The notes: generated by a model from the letters alone, not told the origin. Positions 11,781-25,143 are shown, counted from the stretch's first letter. The stretch is 64,000 bases of DNA from Squalus acanthias (GCA_030390025.1 JASTWF010000036.1:1116001-1180000); one strand, 5' to 3'. Translations and numbers: made by a program.

Positions 11781-12694
11781 ATCTCCCAGTACTGCAAGCC
11801 TTCCTGCTCTTTGCTGGTTACTTGACATTGACATCCAAGACACAGAATGCTTTGAGATGCAATTAAATAGTAATTGTTTTCTCAAACAAACACAAAAAAC
11901 TGTTAACTGCACCTGAATCTCAATCCTCTATAGTTTATGTCAAAATAATTGCAATCACTGTGAGGTTCAGCGGCTTGAAGTGGATTGTTTTGTTTTCTTT
12001 TTGCATTCTGACCTTATCAAATATATTTGGTACGTCAATAGGACAGAAGTTGAGCCTGTGAATGGCATGCATGGGATCAATTCATTTCAACAGAGCTGTA
12101 ATTTATGAAAGCGTACAGCGGGGAAACACTGCTTTGCTGCTGTACGTGCTGGAGCTTCTTGAGGGGGGCTCGGGTAAGGGGCGGGGGTCACGCCACTCCG
12201 TACTAATATTTCATTAGAGCGTCAAAAGAAATGATTTTTCATGTCCTCTCCAACACTATTGACACGCGTTATTCCCAGGCCAAGCATACAGGCAAGAAGC
12301 CTGCTCCTAGATTTCTGTCTATTCGCCTTTTGAGTAACAAGGCGTGCCAGATGACTCAGCCCATTGCTGTTGTTTCCCTTTGCCCCAATGTGAGGGCCTG
12401 TCTTGTCTTCTTTCCTACAGTTGCCCCTTCCCTACCAGTCCATTGAGCACCACCTCGATCACCAGTCTCTTGCAAGCCATCTTCTTTTTCTGAATAACTG
12501 CCCTTGGTGCGAAGCTGCAATTTAAGTCTGTTTTCCGCAAGGTGAGGGAAGTTCGTGCTGGGGAGAGATCGGAACACCTTTTTCCATTTCAGACACCAGT
12601 GTTGTCCTCGAGCACTCCCAGGCAGCACGGTTAGATGTTCGTCAGCTTGGGTCGGTTGGTCGCCCTTTTGCATCAGTGTTCAAACCCCGTACTG

Positions 12695-13590
12695 AGCTTT
12701 GAGCAAATAATCTCGGCTGACACTTTGAATGAGATACTAAATGGATTCCTCATCTGGTTTAAATGGATGTTAAAGATCCCATGGCACAGATGAACAAGGA
12801 CAGACAGGAAAAGACCCTCTGGTCCATCCAGCATGTCCCACACAATTGCGATATTTTGTGTATCACAATATATACACTCTGCGCCCCAGCCGAAACCATT
12901 TGATTTCCCGGGAGAGGCAAAAAAAAGATTAAAAACCCAGGCCAATTTTGGGGGGGGGGGGGAAATCTGGGAAATTCCTCTCCGACCCCCCAGGTGATCG
13001 AAGCCAGTCCAGGAGATCACTCTGGCCCTGCTAATTCTTTGCAGTACTCACCTTGTGTAAGAGGTGATCCCCATCCCAGCCCAAGGAATTCAGCGAATCA
13101 GCATCCACCGCACGAGCCAGCAGCCTATCCCAGAGGTCCGCTGTTCTCTGGGCGAACCACCGCCTGACATCTAACCTAGATCTGGCCTTAAACAACTTAA
13201 AATTGTGACCCCTGGTCCTCCCTGACCTATTTAATTGGAGCAAACTGTCAACTGGAACACAAACTATTCCCGTCATCATCTTAGAAATCTCGATCAGATC
13301 CCCCCTGAGTCTACGCTTCTCTAAAGTGTAGAGTCCCAACTCTTTCAGCCTATTTTGATAATCATTTGAAGAAGAGCAGAGATTTCTCCTGGTAACCTGG
13401 CCAATGTTCCTTCCTCAACCACCACCAAAAACAGATTCAATGATTAGTCGTCTCACTGCTGTTTATGGGATCTTGCTGTGTCTGAAGTGGCTGCTGCCTT
13501 TCCCTACATAGCATGTCAAAAGCCGTTTATTGGGCGAAGTGCTTTGAGACATTTGGACAAGATGAGGCGCTATGTAAATGCAAGTATTGT
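12695..13590 (+). mobile_element. Degenerate DeuSINE split by a CR1 insertion
   Basis: ...gttaaagatcccatggcac (to ~12788) resumes as atttgaagaagagcag at ~13364. Confidence 0.7.
12789..13355 (-). mobile_element. CR1 LINE 3' end, second subfamily with a longer 3' UTR
   Basis: ORF 13031-13339: LGLYTLEKRRLRGDLIE...RTRGHNFKL...; its UTR differs from the HER1-type tail. Confidence 0.8.
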
Positions 13591-13854
13591 ATTATTATGT
13601 AGGGTAAAGCTGCTCTTACTCTGTCCCAACATTGTGCCTCACGGACAACATGAGAATGGAACCTCTGCACCAGTGTGACACTTTTCCACTTCCATTGTAA
13701 GCCACCCCCTGGCCTACGAGTGAGTTTGCCAGATTGTGGGTGACTCTGGGCACATGCCCACAGGAACTGGATTGAAACTGCCCAACTCGTTTCACATTAG
13801 GCCTCGAGACCCAGGAGACAGAGAAGGCTTTCATCCCATCAGTCTGGGCTAGCA

Positions 13855-14270
13855 GCGCCTCGATTTCAAAATTCTCATCCTTGTGTTCAAATCCCTCCAT
13901 GGCCTCGCCCCTCCCTATCTCTGTAATCTCCTTCAGCCCCACAACCCCCCCGAGATATCTGCGCTCCTCTAATTCTGCCCTCTTGAGGATCCCTGATTAT
14001 AATCGCTCCACCATTGGCGGCCGTGCCTTCTGTTGCCTAGGCCCTAAACTCTGGAATTCCCTGCCTAAACCTCTCCGCCTCGCTACCTCTCTTTCCTCCA
14101 TTAAGACGCTCCTTAAAACCCACCTCTTTGACCAAGCTTTTGGTCACCTGCCTTAATTTATCCTTATGTGGCTCGGTGTCAAATATTTTGTCTTATAATA
14201 CACCTGTGAAGCGCCTTGGGACGTTTTACTACGTTAAAGGCGCTATATAAATACAAGTTGTTGTTGTTGC
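13855..14270 (+). mobile_element. L2 LINE 3' end
   Basis: YLRSSNSALLRIPDYNRSTIGGRAFCCLGPKLWNSLPKPLR; tail aaggcgctatataaatacaag(ttg)n. Confidence 0.92.
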
Positions 14271-14704
14271 ATGTGAACTCTGAGCCTAGAGGTGAAAGGT
14301 CAGTGTCTAGTTCACTGCATCATGTTTCTAAGAGTATTTGCTTTAACACTTTTGGGGTGTGTTATTTTACCAATAGGAAGGGTTTTCCTGTTTATTTTTC
14401 CCAACACTAAAGAGAAGAATCTAAATCTATATTGTAAAGAAATGGGATGACCAGCAATTGATTCCATTAGGCATGTAGTTAACCATACCCAGTTACTAAG
14501 GAGCTGATGATGTACCACGTGTAGCCTTGTTCGACCAAATATGAAGACATGCTAGCTATGTATACACTGTCCATTAATATAAATCTCTTTTCTGTGGATT
14601 AACCATACAAGTCTTGGTGTGCCGATTACTAAAGCTTCCTTTTTAAGGTTGCATTCAAGTTATGGGGTAGACTCCCCTGTTCTGCACCTTGGCGTATTGA
14701 TTGT

Positions 14705-14960
14705 CTGGTTAAAGTGGCGGAGGGCGTCAGAAGAGTCACAGATGTAGGTGCATAACGAATGGACAAGGGGGGGGAGTAAAATAGTCAAGATAAGAGGCTG
14801 AACCGACAATCTTGTTTGTGAGTCTTGGGGAGGAGGTAAAAGCGGGCTGTGGAGATTGGGGAACTCTGAGATCAAAGGCAGTGACGGGGAGTCGGAGGGC
14901 CAGGTGGTGGTGGGGGTGGAAATCTACAGAGGAAATGCGGTCAGTGAGCATCTAGGCATT
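14705..14960 (-). mobile_element. Penelope-like RT fragment, degenerate
   Basis: Frames give LPVTAFDLRVPQ.., SYLDY and PLVHSLCTYICDSSDALRHFN, resembling the Penelope RT N-terminal region. Confidence 0.65.
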
Positions 14961-15016
14961 GATGGCTTGGTGTTCAGCACTGGGGTCATGGTCCGGGGGA
15001 GTTGGGCGGAGGAATA

Positions 15017-15382
15017 TTGGCAATGTCTACAAGATGCACTGCAGCAACACGCCAAGGTTTCTTCGGCAGCACCTCCCAAACTCGTGACCTCTACCACCTA
15101 GAAGGACAAGGGCAGCAGGCGCATGGGGACACCACCACCTCCAAGTTCTCCTCCAAGTCACACACCATCCTGACTTGGAAATATATCGGCCGTTCCTTCA
15201 TCGTCGCTGGGTCAAAATCCTGGAACTCCCTCCCTAACAGCACTGTGGGAGTACCTTCACCACACGGACTGCAGCGGTTCAAGAAGGAGGTCCAGCACCA
15301 CCTTCTCAAGGGCAACTAGGGATGGGCAATAAATGCTGGCCTTGCCAGCGACGCCCATATCCCAGGAACAAATTTTTAAAAA
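15017..15382 (+). mobile_element. Zenon-like LINE family A, 3' end
   Basis: YKMHCSN...RSFIVAGSKSWNSLPNSTVG plus family tail. Confidence 0.9.
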
Positions 15383-16744
15383 CTGTCAGTGGAGGTGTCA
15401 GTTAGTGGCCTGAGGCTGACCGAATGGATGGGCTAACGTGAGATGGAGAATAAAACGCTGATCTTCGTAAAGTATGTTTTTAAAAGAGATTTGCATTGTC
15501 TATGAAATCAAAAACATTTGGATATTGCTGTTGAAAAATATGCAAGAAGGGTTTTTCCTACCGCAGGTTAATGCCATTAGAAAATCGAAAATATATTTCA
15601 GGAACCTGGCTTCAGACACCAAAATGCTATTTTATTGTGAACAAGAGGTGCAAGTAATGTAATTTGTAGTTCTGGAAGATGCTTTACCGCACTGATCTAA
15701 ATGGATAAAGTGATTAGGTATATTGCGGGATATGAAACAGGTTTAATTGTTCTTCATTTCAGCCATGGACTTTAATAAAAATTAATTTAGTATAGCATTT
15801 TAATTTAAGAAATAAAATATGAAATATTGAGTCCTTTATGAGAGTGCTCTTAGCTAATATATTTTGGAATTTAATATGTTATTTATAATGTAATTTAGAA
15901 CACAGGCCTATTTCTCATTTGCGATTTTGGTTAATCACCTATCCAGGAAAGACATTAAACTATTCAGAAGAACACTGAACCTTTCTGTAATTAATAAATG
16001 TGAAGGCCCTGGACAGATTGTGACAGATTCGAGTTCTTTCCACAGTAAAGGGCAAGACCTAAAATTGAGGCTCAGTTAATGTAATGAGGAATTGAGAATA
16101 TTAAACTCCGCCAGCAGCTTTTATTGAGTTGCAGACAGCTCCTGGTTGAGAGCATCAAATTTTGTTTATACTGCACATACTCCTCGACTCGCCATTTCGT
16201 CTCTTTGCTGTCTTCTAGTGTTGCAAACGGGAGTGAACTGGAAGACTATAATGTAGGTGCTTAGAACTGTATCGTAATCTCACTCATGCTGTGCATGTAC
16301 GTGCCCCTATTTTCTAGTAACATGTCTGTAACTGAGACTGATAACGTCTTGCAAAGCCCATTGATGCAGATCTGCCTCCCAGCAAGGAGCAGAAAGCAAT
16401 CCGCTCTGCTGACTGCCTTTGTCTCCTTGTCCTCAATGGCCCCTCGCAGTGCCTGGCTGTGAACTGTGGACCTGGTGATCCTCTTTGGGGACTACCTCTT
16501 CCAGTGAGGGACTTTGCAGCAGGATTATACTAACAGCCACCTTTCGCTGACGCCTAGTCATTTTAAAGAGCCATTGCTGCTTCTGTAATATAGCATTTTG
16601 GAATGGGGAGGGCGGGGGGGTATAAAAACCCCCAGTGCAATTTGAAATTGGCAAAAAACATCTTTGCGTCACTGGTCTGTGATCTCATTCTGATGCAACA
16701 TTACCCAAAAAAATAACACCTGGCCCTTCCAGAATGAGCAATTT

Positions 16745-17235
16745 AAGTTGTGTAGCTGGGAGCAGGAAGTTACAAGGGGACATCGACAGACTCAGGGGGC
16801 TGGATTTTCAATGACCCGTGGAGTCGGGTTTGGAGGCGTGTGGGGGGTTAAAGTTGCAGATTCGGAGGTCCCGACTCCATTCCGCCTCCACGCAATTTTG
16901 ACAAAATCGGTCGCGGGGTTCCCGACTCCGTCCCGCCTCCAAGAGGCGGGAGAGGCCATTAAAGCCCTTAACAAGGCCTAAATTGGCTCTGTAATGCCAT
17001 TTTGAAATGTTTTAGCCAGTTTAACCCTTTTCTGACGTGAAGCACGCCTGATGTGAAACACTCCAGTGAAACCTGGCGGGAGCACAAGTGGATAGCTGAC
17101 TATTAGCTGCAGGTCCACTATTACAACGGAGATGTGATGAAGGCAGTAGTAGTATTAGGTCTGAAAGTCGCCTCTGATGTTGCTGCATTGAATGTCTTCA
17201 GAGACTGCCTGGGAGGACTTGGTTGCAAAAAAATT

Positions 17236-17273
<38 letters not shown>

Positions 17274-17274
17274 G

Positions 17275-17348
<74 letters not shown>

Positions 17349-18445
17349 TGTCTCTCTCTCTCTCTGTCTCTCTGAGATGCTGCTCATTTTGCATCCAGGT
17401 CCTCTCACAGCAGAGGCCAGGCAATCTCTGAGACCAGGCAGTCTCTGACCTGCAATGATGACATCATCAGAGGCGACTTTCAGACTGAAACCAATAATTG
17501 GGTCATGGGTTCCCACATGCTGGAACTCAATTGCCCAATTAAGTGAAAATTGCATCAATCTCCCACATCCAATTTCAGGCGGGTGGATAACACGACCCCA
17601 ACCCGCCCCAGTATCAAAATCCAGCCCAGTGAGTGGGCAAAACTGTGGCAGATGGAGTTCAGTGTGAGGTCATCCACTTTGTTTCTGAGACAAATCAGAA
17701 TATTTTCTTAATGGCGAGGGACGAGGAGCTGTGAAAGAGCAAAGGGGTTTAGGTGTTCAGGCACACAAATCACTAAAAACTAGTGCGCAGATGCAAAAAG
17801 TAATCAAGAAGGCGAATGGAATGTCGGCCTTATCTCAAGGGGGCTGGAATATAAACGCGAGGAAGTGGTGCTTCAGTTGTACAGAGCCTTGGTCAGACCC
17901 CATCTGGAGTAACTGCATTCAGTTTTGGGCACTAAACTTCAGGAAAGATATGGAGGGGGAGCAGTGCAGATTCACCAGAATGATACCAGGGCTTAAAGGG
18001 TTAAATTCTGAGGACAGGTTGCACAAACTTGGCTTGTATTCCCTTGAGTTTAGAAGGTTGAGGGGTGATCTGATCGAGGTGTTTAAAATGATTCAGGGAT
18101 TTGATAGGGTCGATAGAGAGAAACTATTTCCTCTGGTGGGGGGGAGTCCAGAACAAGCGGGGCAGAACCTTAAAATTAGAGCCAGGCCGTTCAGGGGTGA
18201 TGTCAGGAAGCACTTCTTCACACAAAGGGCAGTGGAAATCTGGAATTCTCTCCCCCAAAAGGCTGTCGATGCAGGGACAATTGAAAATTTCAAGACTGGG
18301 ATTGATAGATTTTTATTGGGTAAGGGTATAAAGGGATAGGGAACAAAAGCGGGTAAATGGAGTTGAGGTACAGATCAGCCATGATTGAATGGTGGAACAG
18401 ACTCAAGGGGCTGATTGGCCTCCTCCTGTTCCTATGTTCTTTATA
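16745..18445 (+). mobile_element. CR1 LINE 3' portion, split by a MITE
   Basis: Removing 16797-17627 restores KLQGDIDRLSEWAKLWQMEF; ORF 17731-18339 continues the CR1 C-terminus. Confidence 0.9.
16797..17627. mobile_element. Non-autonomous Harbinger-type MITE, family B, with internal (TC)n
   Basis: TIR GGGCTGGATTTT / AAAATCCAGCCC; 3-bp TSD agg/agt; inverted sister copy at 48366-49139. Confidence 0.88.
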
Positions 18446-18473
18446 AAAAAAAATGAAAGTTATCCTACTTTAA

Positions 18474-18950
18474 GTGTCAGCTGTGGCTCAGTGGGCAGCA
18501 CACTCGCCTCTGAGGTCAGAAGGTTGTGGGTTTAAGTCCCACTCCAGAGACTTGAACACATAAAACTAGGCTGACACTCCAGTGCAGTGCTGAGGGAGTG
18601 CCGCACTGTCGGAGGTGCCGTCTTTTGGATGCGATGTTAAACTGAGGCCCCATCTGCTCTCTCAGGTGGACGTAAAAGATCCCATGGCACTATTTCGAAG
18701 AAGAGCAGGGGAGTTCTCCCCGGTGTCCTGGGGCCAATATTTATCCCTCAACCAACATAACAAAAACAGATTATCTGGTCATTATCACATTGCTGTTTGT
18801 GGGAGCTTGCTGTGCGCAAATTGGCTGCCACGTTTCCTATATTACGACAGTGACTCCACTTCAAAAATACTTCATTGGGTGTAAAGCGCTTTGAGATGTC
18901 CGGTGGTCGTGAAAGTCGCTATACAAATGCAAGTCTTTCTTTTCTTTTTT
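18474..18950 (+). mobile_element. SacSINE1-like DeuSINE, full length
   Basis: tRNA head, Deu core and L2-like tail. Confidence 0.93.
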
Positions 18951-19451
18951 TACAACACAAAGGCTGGGATTTTCCAGTCAGTCGTATTGCTGCCCCAGTT
19001 TCTAATCATCAGACTCGTTCTATGATTCCCCCCTGCCCCCATATATAGCTTTTAAGCTGAATTGTTCAAATAGAGGTGTTTAAAATGATTTAGGGCTTTT
19101 GATTGGCAGATACCCCAGGGTTTCTGTGGCATTGAGATTGACAACTTCATGCCAAGTAGTGCCAAGTTAAATCAATGGTCACAGGCTGAGACTCACCTTG
19201 CATTGAAATCTTGATTAAAACTCATATCCAGCTTGTTGACTTATTTTTTGCATGTTCTTGTACGTCCTCCTGGTTCCAAAGGCATTGTAATTCATGAGGG
19301 ACACTTTAATTGGCTGAATTTTCAATAGACACGGGTTAATGTCAACCATTCACTCACATCAAATACTTCAGGAGATGTGCATATGGAGAGAAAGCTCTGT
19401 GCAGTAAATGGACTGAATTATACACTCACCCAAGCAAAGGTGTTGATATGG

Positions 19452-20583
19452 TGAGGTGGCTGTCCTCGACATCAAGGCAGCATTTGACCGAGTGTGGCAC
19501 CAAGGAGCCCTAGTAAAACTGAAGTCAATGGGGATCAGGGGGAAAGGTCTCCAGTGGCTGGAGTCATACCTAGCACAAAGGAAAATGGTTGTGGTCGTTG
19601 GAGGCCAATCATCTCAGCCCCAGGACATCGTTGCAGGAGCCCATTGGGGTAGCGTCCTAGGCTCAACTATCTTCAGCTGCTTCATCAATGACCTTCGCTG
19701 ATGATTGCAGTGTTCAGTTCCATTTGCAACTCCTCAGATAATGAAGCAGGCCATGCCTGCACGCAGCAAGACCTGGACAACATCCAGGCTTGGGCTGATA
19801 AGTGGCAAGTAACAGTTGTGCCACACAAGTGCCAGGCAGTGACCACCTCCAGCAAGAGAGAGTCTAACCACCTCCCCTGGACATTCAATGGCATTACCAT
19901 AATAGAATCCCCCATCATTGACATCATGGGGGTCGATATTGACCAGAAACTCACCTGGTCCAGCCCCATAAATGTCGTAGCTATTAGAACAGGTCAGAGG
20001 CTGGGTATTCTGCAGCGAGTGTCTCACCTTCTGACTCCCCAAAGCCTCGCCATCACCTACAAGGCACAAGTCAGAAGTGTGATGGAATATTCTTTACTTG
20101 ACTGGATGGGTACGGCTCCAACAACACTCAAAAATCTCCATACCATTCAGGACAAAGTGGTCTTCTTGATGGGCACTCCATCCGCTATCTTAAACATCCA
20201 CTCCCTCCACCACCGGCGCACCATGGCTGCAGTGTGTACCATCTACAAGATGCACTGCAGCAACTCGCCAAGGCTTCTCCGGCAGCACCTCCCAAATCTG
20301 CGACCTCCACCACCTAGAAGGACAAGGGCAGCAGGCGCACGGGAACACCACAACCTCCAGGTTGCACACCATCCCGACTTGGACATAGATCACCCTTCCT
20401 GGGCCAAAATCCTGGAACTCCCTCCCTAACAGCACTGTGGGAGCACCTTCACCACACGGACTGCAGCGGTTCAAGAAGGCGGCTCACCACCACCTTCTCA
20501 AGGGCAATTAGGGATGGGCAATAAATACTGGCCTTGCCAGCGACGCCCACATCCCGAGACTGAATGCATATATTAAAAAAAAA
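19452..20583 (+). mobile_element. Zenon-like LINE family A, RT C-terminal half with deletion
   Basis: VLDIKAAFDRVWHQG..GSVLGSTIFSCFINDL; YKAQVRSVMEYS; A-rich tail. Confidence 0.93.
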
Positions 20584-20719
20584 TTTGAGTGCAGCTCAAG
20601 CTGTTTTCTGATAGAGTTGGTATTGATTTTTGTTCAGCCTCTCGGGTGGGTACTGCAGTTGTAGTCAAAAACACATATCTTCCATACTAATGGTGTTTAC
20701 CTCCTACACAAAAGTATAA

Positions 20720-21370
20720 GGGGGAAAAATTTGGTGATCTTTTTGGGGCAGTGCCCCGAAAAAATTAGCGCCCCTCCGCCGGAAATTCAGTGTAGCACCC
20801 CAAGCAGGAGGCGGGGTGCTACTGGAAGCGCTCCACCTCCTTCTTGGGGCGCTACTACTGAAGTTTGCGGCGCTACGTGCAACAGCGCCACGTGCGTCGG
20901 CATGTAGTGCCGCGTCATTGCAGGCCTCCCTCCGCTGATTAAAGGGGAGGGGCCTCGCGCTGTGCGCACCGGGGCCCTGCTGGACCACCGGGGAGCGGGG
21001 TGCTGGGAAAACAGCCCGGTACTCAAGAGGAGGGCCGGGCTGAGCGATCGCGGCCGACACCCTGAGAAAAAAACCGGAAAGGGGGCAGGTGCTGGCAGTC
21101 GGCCAAAATAAAAATGGCCGCCCAACACCTGCCCCTTTAACTACCGCCACCACCGCTGCAAAACCGCCCCCTGAACCTGTCGGACACATCGTCCGCCGAT
21201 AGGTCAGGGGGTGCAAGGGAAGTTTGTGGCCGGGGCACTGCGCACGGCAATGACGTCATCGCCGGAGGCACAAGGCGCTACCGGTTACCGCCACCGCTAA
21301 CCTCCAGCTGAATTTCGCGGGAGGCGTTAGTGGCACCGCGCCGGGTGCTAGGGGATCTGCGCCCCTGATT
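20720..21370. mobile_element. Harbinger MITE family A (right end eroded)
   Basis: Starts GGGGGAAAAATTTGGT after taa; body collinear with 26420-26991. Confidence 0.82.
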
Positions 21371-21574
21371 CAGAACCGTGAATATATACATGCACTTACC
21401 TCAAGAAGTGCAGCAAGGGATTAACCATCTCCTGCGAAGTATCCTGTTTCAGGAGGGTGATTGGTAAAAGCCTTGGATTTTGGGTTTGGGCTTTATTTTG
21501 GTAGACGACTAACTGCGGTTATTATTACTTAACAAAAGCTGTGGCTTTGACTCTCTCAATCCTTAACAACCCAC

Positions 21575-21800
21575 CCCTTCCCTATTTTCTTCTTTACCTG
21601 AAGGTAGCGATCGTGGGTTCTGGCAAATCTCTGGTACCATGCCCAAGTTGGCATTCTTGCCGCGTGAGTCTAGACAGTGAGCAATGTCAGGTTATAATTG
21701 TGGTTTTCAGACCATACTATGTGGGGAACCGCTTGCAAATATTGACACACTCCCTGGGACTTCCTGAAAGACTGTATCAGCTAACTATTGCAATCAATGC
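21575..21800 (-). mobile_element. AmnSINE2-like SINE fragment
   Basis: ggtaccatgcccaagttggcattcttgccgcgtgagtctagacagtgag matches other copies. Confidence 0.5.
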
Positions 21801-22288
21801 TGAAGGTGTATTTTATCAGTATACAGAAACAGAAATAATAAGTCAACAAGTACAGACGATTTCAGAAGTCTGGTGACCTCGGGGTGGGGAGGGGTCTGAC
21901 ATTCCCCCAGTTTGAAAACCTGTGGGCTATCTGACTGTGGATGGGTCGGGGATATCTTGGGGAATTTTGATCTCTCCTCAAGCAATGTCCTCCTACACGA
22001 AGGGTAGCGGGGAGTCACTGGAAAGCAGTCAGGAGCGAGAACCCTGCCTGACCTCTGCCCCTTTTGGCCCTGAAGCAAGTTGTAACACCGCCAAAGCTGC
22101 CCCGAGATTGATTTCATTCAGCCTGCACACGGAACCCGAACTGGAGACCTTCCTGGTGCATTTATCTACTGCTGAGCCCTCAGTGGAGCCCTGAGGCTGA
22201 CCATTCTTTTCATGGGGGCGTCGTTGGCTTTCTGCACGCTCCACCCAAACACGAGTGTGTGCAATCATCTTTGTGTACGCTGACTCAT

Positions 22289-22944
22289 TGGAGATCATTT
22301 GAACCCCCCAGAAACGAGTGGGTTTGGGTCAGGTGCGATGTGAAATTTGAAAAAAATCTCAAACCCGAACCCACCTCGCCTACAACCAGCCCACTTCCGG
22401 TTTTAACGGAGGCGGGACAAGGAGACAGCAACCGACCCGCTGCAAGGAGGCTGGTTGGTCATTTAAATATTATAATGAGGCTGCATGCCTCAGATATAAC
22501 CTGTCTTCCAGGTTTAACCCTGGCCGGCTGGGTTTCCCGGGCCTCGGGAAACCCGGCAGCTAAAGGGAGGCGAGGACTGCTGCATGGAAGAGGTAAGTGC
22601 CTTTCCAGCGCTGCTTGTGGGCCAAGAGGAGCAGGAGTGCTTCCCCCAACCATCCACCAAACTTACCAGCTTTCCTGCCGCCTCTCGTGATCAGGCCCCC
22701 CCCCCACTGCCAAGATCCGGACATCCCCCCTCCCCCACACGCTACCACAAAGCCAGATGCAGACTCCCTACCTGCTCCTCCTCCTCCGGAGCGTTTCCCG
22801 CCCGACAGGGAACCAAGCCTGTCAGTCAGGCTGGCTTCCGGGCGGGGATCATGTTAGGGGGAAAAAAATGCACACGGTGACGTTAAAACTGCACAAAACT
22901 CCTGCGCCCCACTCACAGAACCCGCCCCAGCAAATATCGGGGCC
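22289..22944. mobile_element. Probable Harbinger-type MITE, family C
   Basis: Shares gagtgggtttgg, cccacttccggttt, tttaaatatt.taatgaggctg and aggtaag with 33222-34329; termini degenerate. Confidence 0.6.
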
Positions 22945-23549
22945 ATTGTGTCACAAATGGTCAAAAACCTGGCAAAAGTTTCCATACCGCCTGCAGTAAA
23001 GTGAACGGCTCACCAGGCCAGTCGTGAAAGTCGAATTTTGGTTCAGGGGGTTGAGAGTCCCAAAAATACAAGGCCCCAACCAGTGCATGAGCCTCACCCT
23101 CTCCAAAACAAAGGAAAAGAAATCGTCACAAACCTTTTTTGAGCTTGTCTTCCGACACTGAAGACTTGTGCAGGAGTCAGCCAGTGTGAGTTGCTAATGC
23201 AGCTGAGGTCGCATTTATTCACTATTGTGCTGTGAGAAATAATTGCACCATCGCAGTTTGAACACTTGTTAAAATAAATGAATTCAGAAAAGCTTTCTGC
23301 CGATCAAGTGGGAATGCTTTCCATGTAATGCTGTTCTGCAGCTGGAACATTTATTCCCAGAAGTACTTCATATGAACCACACACTAATATTCGAAGGATT
23401 TTTGTTTCTGGAAAAAGGAAAATTTTGATAAACTTGAGTTTGTGCTTCAAGTGATGATATGGCTGTAAGACTCTTGGATACTGATGTAACTACAGAACAT
23501 GCAGACTTATGTTGAATTTTTAATACAAGCTCTTAAAAAATTCATTCTC

Positions 23550-24302
23550 TTAATGTGGGCATCGCTGGCAAGACTGGTATTTGTTGCCCATGATACAACT
23601 GAGTGGTTTGCTAGACCACTTCAGAGGGCAGCTAAGAGTCAACCACATTGGTGTGAGGCTGGAGTCACATGGAGGCTGGAGTGCTGCACTGTCGGAGGGG
23701 CAGTACTGAGGGAGTGCTGCACTGTCGGAGGTGCCGTCTTTCGGATGAGACGTTATCCCGAGGCCCCCGTCTGCTCTCTCAGGTGGACGTAAAAGATCCC
23801 ACGGCCACTATTTCGAATAAGAGCAGGGGAGTTATCCCCGGTGTCCGGGGCCAATATTTATCCCTCAATCAACATAACAAAAACAGATTATCTGGTCATT
23901 ATCACATTGCTGTTTGTGGGAGCTTGCTGTGCGCAAATTGGCTGCCACGTTTCCTACATTACAACAGTGACTACACTTCAAAAGTACTTCATTGGCTGTA
24001 AAGCGCTTTGAGACGTCCGGTGGTCGTGAAAGGCGCTATACAAATGCAAGTCTTTCTTTCTTTCATATAGGCCAGACTAGGTAAGGGTGGCCAGTTTCTT
24101 TTCCCTAAAGGACAATGGTGAACAAAGGAGATTGTTGGGTTTTTACAACAATCTGACAGCTAATGGCAACTTTTGCTGATAACAGCTTTTATTGACAGAT
24201 TTTTTTAATTAAACTGGTGGGATTTGAACTTGTATTCATCTCGATTATTAGGCCAGGTCTACTGGGTTTCCAGTGCCAGTAACATAACCACTACACCACT
24301 GT
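23550..24302 (-). mobile_element. tRNA-derived SINE with Zenon-like LINE tail, split by a DeuSINE
   Basis: Minus-strand head gtggtgtagtggttatg...agttcaaatcccacc; tail gggcaacaaataccagtcttgccagcgatgcccacat matches the LINE family A tail. Confidence 0.72.
23672..24064 (+). mobile_element. SacSINE1-like DeuSINE, 5'-truncated
   Basis: Deu core and tail; the 33-bp internal unit is partly duplicated. Confidence 0.9.
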
Positions 24303-24595
24303 ACCCAGAAACAGTTGGAAAGCAGCCTTGCTGCCCTGTGAAATCGGCTCCATTGACATTGCAGGCCAGATTCCATATCCCTGAAACTTGAGCTTTGTGA
24401 CTTTATCTCCCAGCAGCCAGAACATCACCAGTGAGGAGCGAAGGCCAGTGGTTGGGAAACTGGATAGAATGGTGGCAGGCAGCTGCTGTTTCTGTTGCTA
24501 CTTTGATACTCCTATCTCTGGGGGTTGTGGGGGAAGGCGGAAGTGGGGGTGGGGGGGTGGAATAACAATGGCTTTAGGCAGGTCTCTGCACTTCC

Positions 24596-25143
24596 GTACA
24601 GGTTTGCTCCCCTTATTTAAAGAAGGATGTACTTGCATTGGAGGCAGTTCAGAGAAGGTTCACCAGGTTGATTCCTGGGATGAAGGGGTTGTCTTATGAA
24701 GAAAGGTTGAGCAGGTTGGACCTATACTCATTGGAGTTTAGAAGAATGAGAGGGGATCTTATTGAAACATATAAGATTCTGAAGGGGCTTGACAGGGTAG
24801 ATGCAGAGAGGATGTTTCCCCTCGTGGGGGAATCCAGAACTAGGGGGCATAATTTCAGAATAAGGGGGCACCCTTTTAAATCTGAGATGAGGAGGAATTT
24901 CTTCTCTCAGAGGGTGGTGAATCTTTGGAATTCTCTTCCCCAGAGAGCAGTGGAGGCTGGGTCATTGAATATATTTAAGGTGGAGATAGACAGATTTTTG
25001 AACAATAAGGGAGTGAAGGGTTATGGGGAGCGGGCAGGGACGTGGAGTTGAGGCCAAGATCAGATCAGCCATGATCTTATTGAATGGCGGAGCAGGCTCG
25101 AGGGGCCAAGTGACCTATTCCTGCTCCTACGTCTTATGTTCTT
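24596..25143 (+). mobile_element. CR1 (HER1-type) LINE 3' end
   Basis: ORF 24638-25051: EAVQRRFTRLIPGMKGLSYEERL...; canonical tail. Confidence 0.95.

Noticed and set aside
9056..11916. ~900-aa His/Thr/Pro- or Val/Cys/Gly-rich ORFs
   Set aside because: Translations of the GT satellite, open in nearly all frames because the repeat lacks stop codons.
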